Shown here: positions 1 through 64,000 of the stretch, piece by piece
How the letters are laid out: each line of letters starts with the position of its first letter
How positions within the stretch are numbered: the first letter of the stretch is position 1
Origin: the human T2T-CHM13v2.0 reference genome, Homo sapiens
Assembly: GCF_009914755.1 (NCBI RefSeq)
Contig: NC_060929.1
Strand: one strand, 5' to 3'
DNA length: 64,000 nt
Position numbers and translations under genes: made by a program
The notes under the pieces: generated by a model
What the model saw: the letters and a program-made list of their open reading frames with translations, nothing else
What the model was told of the DNA's origin: nothing
Databases searched by the model: none

Positions 1-196
1 AACCCTCAGATCACCTTTACTGACTTCCCTGATCTATGATAAGCTAAGTAAAGCCAGCGCAATAAAAATACACCTGCCTTATTTAATGAGAAGACACATA
101 AGCCTGATGCTCTGTTCTGAGTCATCATCTCCCAAACCATTCCACACAGGGATCAGGGAACTAAATACAATGAATGTCTCATCTGCCTTGAACCTA

Positions 197-41120
<40,924 letters not shown>

Positions 41121-41256
41121 CTACCAATGGGGGAAGGGAGAGGGGCGGAGGGAAGCCGCGGAAGCGCGCTACCTGCCCAGCGGACCTAACCATTCGGACC
41201 CACGTGGGGGGGGGTGGTGAGTGGGCGGTGCAGCTCTCCGCGGCCGCGGCGGAGAG

Positions 41257-41272
41257 CACCGCCCCCTGGCGG
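41257..41272 (-). promoter_or_regulatory. CTCF consensus site upstream of DIAPH1
   Basis: Reverse complement reads CCGCCAGGGGGCGGTG. Confidence 0.7.
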
Positions 41273-42905
41273 TTGGAGCAGCGCAGGCCTCTGGCTCCCA
41301 CGCAGCGCCCACGTGGCTGTACAGCCTGACAGCCTGGACCCTCTCACATCCCAGACCAAAAATCGCGTGAGACCATTATCCTGGCAGAAAATTAGTGACA
41401 GGTTTTCCAAGAGAATGCAGTTTTCAATGTGTGCAATACCCATGGAACACATGAAAAAAATTATAGTGATAGCCACCATGTTTTGAAAGCAAGGTAGCAA
41501 GAACAGAGCTCGGTCCAGGGCAAGCACTAGACTAAACCAGACTCGCTCTGGAGTTTAATTTCCTAGTTCGAATTCCAGGTTAGGTACCATCTAATTGTTT
41601 CTAATCAGGACAAACTAATTATTGCCAACATGTGCCTAAACAGCAATAACAGTTACCACTTAACCATGCCCTTTGCTCTCTGCTAGGCACTAGGCAAACA
41701 CTCTACATGTATTTTTCTAAGTCCCCACAGTCCCATGTGATAGATTCTGCTAGCCTCACCATTTTATAAATAGTAAATTTGGACTTTTGAGAGTTGAAGT
41801 GACTTGCCCAAGAACGCATAATTGATATAAAATTTAAACCCAGCTTAGTCTGATTTGCTGCCAAACCCTATGTTTAACCAGGATTCCCCACTGACATAAA
41901 CCAAACATGAGTGAAAAGAATGAGTATTCTCCAAGAGTATATTCTTTGCTCTTCTAGCATGACTTTCTCCCTAAGCAATTTCATCCATTCTCCCAGCTAC
42001 ATCTGTCCCTTGTGTGACAGTTACGTGGCTACCAGTCGGCCTTCACAATATGGACTGAATATTCTTGACCACAGCTAGCAAGATTTCAAGCATAAGTTCC
42101 TGAAGGGCAGAGTCAGTGACTTACTTACTCTAGAGCCCCAGTACCTAGTCAAGGGCCTGAGATATACCAGGGACTCTGCCAAGCTGGCTGGCTCCTAAAT
42201 TTGGCATTCATCTCTCTTGTGGTCCAGACCTTCTGATGGTGATCGGATAGAATGTTACATAGAGCTGTCCATCCCATACTTCAAACTTGACTTAGTGCTG
42301 AGCTTTCCAGACATTTTGTCTAAAAAGTCCAAAAGCTACTTTCTAAGCTAGTGTTGAGAACAGACAGAATCAGAGAATGGAGGGGAGGAAGTGACCCATC
42401 TATCAGTCCTCTTTCTTGTATCAGTCTGTATCTGCTACAATATTTATCATACTACTGACTGGAATGTAAACTCTTCTAGAGAAAGGTTCATGTTTGTGGC
42501 TACTACAGTATTTAGCATTGTTCTTCACATAGACAGATAATGGGCAACTTCTTCTGTCAGGCACTGTGCTAAGCACTTAACATGTTTTATCTCAGTGTAT
42601 CTTCACCAACTAGCATCACTACTCTAAACACCCAGATTCAAAAACCTGAAGTCATCTTCTACTCCTCTCAAATCTGCCCAGGTTTGTCTAACTCTTAACC
42701 AAAATCCTCTATTAACTTCTTATATTTACAATAATAAATGTAGAATACATACACAGGGCCTAACGTAGGATAAGTGCTGAATGAATGTTAACTATGCTTT
42801 TATTACATGCATCATCATGCCCATTTCCCTCTCCTTTCATAAATAGGAAACTAGCAAGAATTAACATTCCTAGAAAGGCGAAAGGTACAAAAAATACCGA
42901 CTTAG

Positions 42906-42911
42906 TTTATT
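42906..42911 (-). terminator. HDAC3 polyadenylation signal AATAAA
   Basis: tttatt on plus strand about 560 nt after the HDAC3 stop. Confidence 0.85.
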
Positions 42912-43472
42912 GGATAAAAACAGTGGTAAAATGGACATAAAGCCAAAAGTGAGAACAGAACATTTTCATATCCTCCCCACACTTGAAAACATACTTCCCA
43001 TCATCTGGGATTCAGGTGTTAGGGAGCCAGAGCCCCTTCCAAATCTCTCTCTCTTCATCTTCCCTGGAAGCAAGGGGAGGAAGAAGTCAGAACCCAGGGG
43101 AGGAGGAAGTCAGAGGCAATCTCAGTCCTTGTCTACCCGTTCATCCCTCAAAAATCTCTGGGTTCGAGGGAAGCAGGGAAGAAATAAGGGGCAAGGGGGG
43201 CTAGGGACTGGCCTCCAGGGCCCACTGCCAATAATGTCCCAGATAGCTATCCTTGTCTGTATCTCATCCCTAATAGGTACCATTGTCAGGCCTTGGGAGA
43301 GAGAGGAAAAGCAGGTAGATGGTTCGAGAACCAAATGTGGTCTCCAGACTCTTTCCCAGAGTCAGCAAAAGCCCTGGGGTGACCCCCAGGACTCTAGGAG
43401 CCACTCCTTTTCCCTCCAGCCCAACCAAGAGGTGAAAAGAAATTCCTTGGGACACAGCATCCCAAGCCACTC

Positions 43473-58976
<15,504 letters not shown>

Positions 58977-60231
58977 TCAGCTCTCCCGGTATCTGGGGCT
59001 TTGAGCGTCCCGGGTTGGGCAGGGAACTGGCAGCATAGCTCCTAGGATGCGAGGGCCATTTGTCTCCGGCCGGGGGTCAGATCCTCGGGAAGCCGAGCCA
59101 TCCCATCCAGCCGCTTGCCCCAAACCGGGCGCAGGCCGTGGTCACTTCTCTAGGAAGCTCCGAAGATCCCGCCACTCCGTCCCTCAAAGGTGCGGAAAGC
59201 CGGCTTCCCCCAGCCCTCGGAGAAGATTCCTGACTCTCCGCTCGGTCGGGGCATCTGAGGGCAGGAGCTGCGCCAGGCGTACCGGATAGACCAGTGGACA
59301 ACACCCACGCCGGACCGCCTGTCCCCTACCCGGACCCAGACTCGGCGCCGCACATTGCCCCGGGGGGGCCCGGCGCAGTCACGCGCGCGCAGAGCTCACG
59401 CTCTCCGCCCCGCACACCTGCGCTCCGCCCCCTGGTCCTGGGCCCGCGACGGGTGAAGGCATTTGGGAAGCCAGGGCGGCTGCGGAGGCGATCTCCCTGA
59501 CCCAGGGCCGGAGTTGCCCGGAGCCTGCCACCGCTCTCAGCCAGCCCGCATCCTTCTCTGTTCTTCCCTCCCCCCGCCTGCCACGGCGCGGGTATCCGCA
59601 GCCACAGCCCGGGGCCGGTGAGGCGGCGAAGGGGGAGGGGAGGAATCAAGGGATGAGCGCCGGAAGGGCGTCGGGGGCCCTGAGCCGCACTAGGACGCCC
59701 CTGGAGCCGGAACCCCAGCAGAAGCCGGAACCAGAACCAAATCACCGGTACCGGGTCGGCCAGGTGGTCAGGGTGGGAGAAACCAAAAAGGGAGAGGGGT
59801 GCGGGAGTACTGAGAGGAAGGGGCTGCAGAGGCCTGGCTCAGGCCGGCGTGGAGGAGGTGCGGGCGCTGACTCAGGCAGGATTTCTGCTCCCGCCGCCTA
59901 AGAATGCCGTCCCATCTCGTGCTGCAGTGTCCTTGGGAGGGACAGAAGCGCGAACAAGCTGGAAAGGGGAACGCTCGGGGCGTCGGGGAAGCGGGACCAG
60001 GGTCGTGGTAGAGAGCTTGCGTTGCCGCTGACCTCTTGCCGAAAGGCGAAACAGCACTCCTGGCCCGGACAGCTCCCTGGTTGGGTAGGGGGTGGGGCCG
60101 GACCTCAGCCGGACGTCTTAGACGTGCTTGTTTCAGATCCTGAGGACGGCATTCCTACCCCTCCCCCATTCCCAGCTGCAGCCCCCTAAACCCAGGAGGC
60201 GCCCTGGCCCGCGCTCGCCCCCCAGGGCCTC

Positions 60232-60415
60232 ATGTCGGAACCACAGCCTGACCTGGAACCGCCCCAACATGGGCTATATATGCTCTTCCTGCTTGTGCTG
60301 GTCTTCTTCCTCATGGGCCTGGTAGGCTTCATGATCTGCCACGTGCTCAAGAAGAAGGGCTACCGCTGCCGCACGTCGAGGGGCTCTGAGCCTGACGATG
60401 CCCAGCTTCAGCCCC
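60232..60415 (+). CDS. RELL2: RELL2 coding exon 1
   Basis: ATG 60232; TM segment; donor GTGAGT at 60416. Confidence 0.96.
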
Positions 60416-62450
60416 GTGAGTGAGGAGCCTGGAACCCTGGCTCAGTCACCTTTCACCCTTCTCCCCACACCTCTGCCTCCCTGACCAACAGACCCAGGCC
60501 AAATCCTGATCAAACCTGCTCAGGAAGCCTAGTGATGCACTCTTGAGTTAGCAAGTGGGGTGACACCACTCTGAAAGCAAAACTAGAGAAAGCAGCATGG
60601 GCAGGAACGGTCCTCTGGATGGTAGTCTTGGGCTTGCATTGGTGTCCCCATCTTTTCTGGTCCCTGAAATGCTGAGGTCCAGCATGATAGCAAGTAGGTA
60701 AAAGGGTATGTCCTAAGCAATAAATGATGGGAGCCACCAGGTAATATTCCCCCAAAGCTGACTCATTCCTGCTTCCTTGCCAATCTCTTTCATCCTTCAG
60801 CTGAGGACGATGACATGAATGAGGACACAGTAGAGAGGATTGTTCGCTGCATCATCCAGAATGAAGGTGGGTCTAGCATAGCCCCTTGCTCCCTCTTCTC
60901 CAACCTTCTCTTGCCCTGACCTCCACCTCCACTGACTCCCTCTTTTCCTTCTTCCCTCAGCCAATGCTGAGGCCTTGAAGGAGATGCTGGGGGACAGTGA
61001 AGGAGAAGGGACAGTGCAGCTGTCCAGGTGAGCTGGAAACAAGGGCCAGCATGACTTAGCTTGCCTTGGAGAGTATCCTCTCCTCCAGCACAATCCTCTC
61101 CCAGCCTCCTTGCATGTATGGGGTTGGGGGAAGGGCAAAGCTGGCTAACTTATAGGAAGAAAGTTGTTTTGTAGAAATCGCGATTCCTTCAAACCATCTC
61201 TCTCATCTAGATATCATCAAGCCTAACATTCACCTCTAGTGCCACTCCTTTGGGTTAAGCAGTGTTCTTTTTAGCAAACAGCCCTGGGAGGAAGAACATA
61301 TGGTCACTAACATCTTAATATTGAGTTTATTAGATAAAGACAAGAAAAAATGGGGCTTGGGGAAATTGGGGCTTCTGGGGTTTTAAGGAGCATGCTGAAA
61401 GAACGTAAGAAACAAAACATGAAGGGAAATGGAAATGTTACCCTCACTCCCCTCCTCCCTGCTGTCCAGTGTGGATGCCACCTCCAGCCTGCAGGACGGA
61501 GCCCCCTCCCATCATCACACAGTGCACCTGGGCTCTGCAGCCCCTTGCATCCATTGCAGCCGCAGCAAGAGGCCTCCACTTGTCCGTCAGGGACGCTCCA
61601 AGGAAGGAAAAAGCCGCCCCCGGACAGGGGAGACCACTGTGTTCTCTGTGGGCAGGTGGGGCAGGTGCTCCAGGGAAAGGGGGGCTGAGGTAGGGGGCCC
61701 AGTGATCAGGCACCTGATCCCAAAAGTGGGCCTTGGCTCTTTCCTCCTGGATTGGGAGCTCCGGCAGAAGTCAGGCTACACAATGTGCCCCACAATCTGA
61801 GAAGGCCTCCCCTACCTTAGGCCAGAGGGAAGTAGCCACCAAACTCAGGATGTCCCTGGTCAGAGGGGAGGGCCAAGCAGCCTCTGAGTTGTGGTCCTAA
61901 ACCCCAGTGTTCCCTCCCCTCCCAGGTTCCGGGTGACACACATTGAGAAGCGCTATGGACTGCACGAACACCGTGATGGCTCCCCCACAGACAGGAGCTG
62001 GGGCTCTGGTGGGGGACAGGACCCAGGGGGTGGTCAGGGGTCTGGGGGAGGGCAGCCCAAGGCAGGGATGCCTGCCATGGAGAGGCTGCCCCCTGAGAGG
62101 CCACAGCCCCAGGTCCTAGCCAGCCCCCCAGTACAGAATGGAGGACTCAGGGACAGCAGCCTAACCCCTCGTGCACTTGAAGGGAACCCCAGAGCTTCTG
62201 CAGAGCCAACACTGAGGGCCGGAGGGAGGGGCCCAAGCCCAGGGCTGCCCACTCAAGAGGCAAATGGGCAGCCAAGCAAACCAGACACTTCTGATCACCA
62301 GGTAGGAAAACACAGCCGGCACTGCACTGGGCTGGGCTCTTATTGCTCTCTACTCTGGGGGGCACTGATAGGACCTACTCCTGGTCTCTCATTGTTGACC
62401 CCTCCCCTTTCTCTCAGGTGTCTCTACCACAGGGAGCAGGGAGTATGTGA
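60232..62450 (+). CDS. RELL2: RELL2, RELT-like 2 (single-pass membrane protein), 6 coding exons, 303 aa
   Basis: MSEPQPDLEPPQHGLYMLFLLVLVFFLMGLVGFMICHVLKKKGYRC...GRFRVTHIE...PQGAGSM*; TM helix, KKKGYRC and RFRV motifs of the RELT family. Confidence 0.97.
60801..60866 (+). CDS. RELL2: RELL2 coding exon 2
   Basis: (P)EDDDMNEDTVERIVRCIIQNE(A); AG/GT boundaries. Confidence 0.95.
60961..61027 (+). CDS. RELL2: RELL2 coding exon 3
   Basis: (A)NAEALKEMLGDSEGEGTVQLS(S); AG/GT boundaries. Confidence 0.95.
61326..61331 (-). terminator. Candidate distal FCHSD1 polyadenylation signal AATAAA (inside a RELL2 intron)
   Basis: tttatt on plus strand in an AT-rich patch of the otherwise GC-rich RELL2 gene. 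Confidence 0.7.
61470..61655 (+). CDS. RELL2: RELL2 coding exon 4
   Basis: VDATSSLQDGAPSHHHTVHLG...ETTVFSVG(R); AG/GT boundaries. Confidence 0.95.
61926..62301 (+). CDS. RELL2: RELL2 coding exon 5
   Basis: FRVTHIEKRYGLHEHRDG...KPDTSDHQ; AG/GT boundaries. Confidence 0.95.
62418..62450 (+). CDS. RELL2: RELL2 coding exon 6 (stop TGA 62448-62450; exon ends at 62451)
   Basis: VSLPQGAGSM*, then G|GTGAGT donor. Confidence 0.92.
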   Translation: MSLPQGAGSM

Positions 62451-63035
62451 GGTGAGTCTGCCTGAGCCCTAAATGAGGTAATCTCATCTTCCCATCACCT
62501 ACTTAAACTATTTAAGCCTTTCGGCTCCCTGAACCCCCAGAGTAAACTGCAGGCTTAGCCTTTGCTATAAATCCCTTGGTTTGGTGGTGGAGGTAGGGAA
62601 GGTCCTGGAGCCCCAGGGGAAAAGCTGGACACAGCTTGAACAGGAAGCAACAGTGTTATTCTTCCTCTTCTCCAAGTCTCCTTCATTGTGCTGATGGACT
62701 ACCAGCTGGCAGGGCCAGGGGGTGGGTGGGCGTGAAAGCCCTCCCCTCCACTGGACAGCACTGCCCCCCAGCTGAGGGACCAGCTCTACTTCCACCTGGA
62801 GTTGCACAGTCTCAGGCTGGGGGCCTCAGGAGAGGTCACAGCCCCTCAGTCTCTTCTCCTTCCCCTGCCTGCAACAGGCTGCCTGCCCCGCCTTCCCCAA
62901 CACCTCGCTCCATATGATAGAGCGTGGCAGCTGGGAGCAGGCCCCTGCCCGTGGTGGGCCCCTAAAGCAATAGCACCGTAGGCCCCCTGCCCTCTTAGCA
63001 CAAGAGGCCCAGGCCCTGGCCTGGCCTTCGTGCCC

Positions 63036-63041
63036 TTTATT
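63036..63041 (-). terminator. Candidate proximal FCHSD1 polyadenylation signal AATAAA
   Basis: tttatt on plus strand about 465 nt after the FCHSD1 stop. Confidence 0.65.
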
Positions 63042-63048
63042 CATTGTC

Positions 63049-63054
63049 AATAAA
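63049..63054 (+). terminator. RELL2 polyadenylation signal AATAAA
   Basis: Canonical hexamer at the end of the last RELL2 exon. Confidence 0.85.
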
Positions 63055-63506
63055 TCCGCTCAGACCATTACAGCTGCTTCGCATCCTGGCTCCAGCTCCT
63101 GATTCCCAAGGCCTGTTCCTCTCCCCAGCCCAACCCCAGTGACCCTGGCATCCAGAGTGGGGTGGGTCATGGAGCCAGGGTGGGGAAAGAGGTGGGCCAG
63201 AACCACTAGAGACCTTGATGGATGGTTTCCAGCCCCAGAGATTTCAGGCATTTCACCACCCTAGATAGGGTCATGACAGAAGAGAAGGTAGTAGTTCCGG
63301 TCCTAGAGATGATAGAACAATGGGAAAAAAAGGAGTGGGTTCCAGCTCTAGAAATGGGAAGGGGCAAGTTTCCACCCTTGGAGGTGAGGGTGGAAATAAG
63401 GGCGATTCCAGCTTTTGGCTGTGTTGCTCTGGATCATTGATGGTGTGGTCTGACAGCTTGAAGATAGGGACAGCAGCATCACTGGGGGTCAAGGCTTCCC
63501 TGGCCT

Positions 63507-63572
63507 TCAGGTGAGGGGATCTGGGTGGCCAGGATCCAGGGCTTTAGCCGGCGGGGGAGGTGGTGGACGCAT
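63507..63572 (-). CDS. FCHSD1: FCHSD1 (FCH and double SH3 domains 1) last coding exon
   Basis: MRPPPPPPAKALDPGHPDPLT*; TGA at 63509-63507; matches the FCHSD1 proline-rich C-terminus. Confidence 0.92.
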   Translation of the reverse strand: MRPPPPPPAKALDPGHPDPLT

Positions 63573-63629
63573 CTGTAGGGAACACACAGTTAGTGCTCCA
63601 GAGTTCTCCCTTAAGGGTATCCCTGTCTA

Positions 63630-63809
<180 letters not shown>

Positions 63810-64000
63810 TCAATGCTGTATCTCCAGCACTTAGGACAGTGGCATTCTATAAATATTTGTTAAATTAATGGTCACCATCCTAGACCATAAAATCCATCAC
63901 TCTATCCACTGTCCTCAACATTTATTGGGCAACTGCTGTATAATCAGCTCTGCTCAAGGTACAAAACTAAGGGAGATAGGATGCATAGTGCTCCCACCCC

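Larger units (their letters stand above)
62677..63070 (+). other. RELL2: RELL2 terminal non-coding (3' UTR) exon
   Basis: Polypyrimidine tract + AAG acceptor at 62676; AATAAA at 63049-63054; 3' end approximate. Confidence 0.7.

Overview
This is eukaryotic (human) genomic DNA, recognisable from the translated exons as the gene-dense 5q31.3 locus. Four genes are present. DIAPH1 (minus strand) is represented by its 5' half: coding exons 1-11 at 40919->213, with a ~30.5 kb first intron. HDAC3 (minus strand) is complete, with 15 coding exons at 58796->43473. RELL2 (plus strand, CDS 60232-62450) lies head-to-head with HDAC3 on a shared CpG island. FCHSD1 (minus strand) contributes its last two coding exons and a 3' UTR that runs antisense into RELL2. 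All exon boundaries were read from the sequence and their phases add up to continuous reading frames. The introns hold about 35 Alu copies, old L1/L2/MIR fragments, three MaLR LTRs and a processed RPS27A pseudogene. Nearly all other ORFs in the supplied track are Alu-derived or chance ORFs. I see no CRISPR array, tRNA, rRNA or foreign insertion, and I cannot claim a new biological system. The most notable observations are: (1) a U12-type AT-AC donor and a GC-AG donor in nearby DIAPH1 introns; (2) an RBFOX-flanked 27-nt DIAPH1 microexon; (3) a candidate alternative first exon/uORF in DIAPH1 intron 1 encoding a 44-aa hydrophobic peptide; (4) back-to-back, mutually complementary poly(A) signals for RELL2 and FCHSD1; (5) a rare GAG acceptor and inverted Alus around HDAC3 exon 3; (6) two apparent L1 3'-transduction footprints; (7) a 46-bp perfect palindromic microsatellite. 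Repeat boundaries and subfamilies are by eye and approximate.
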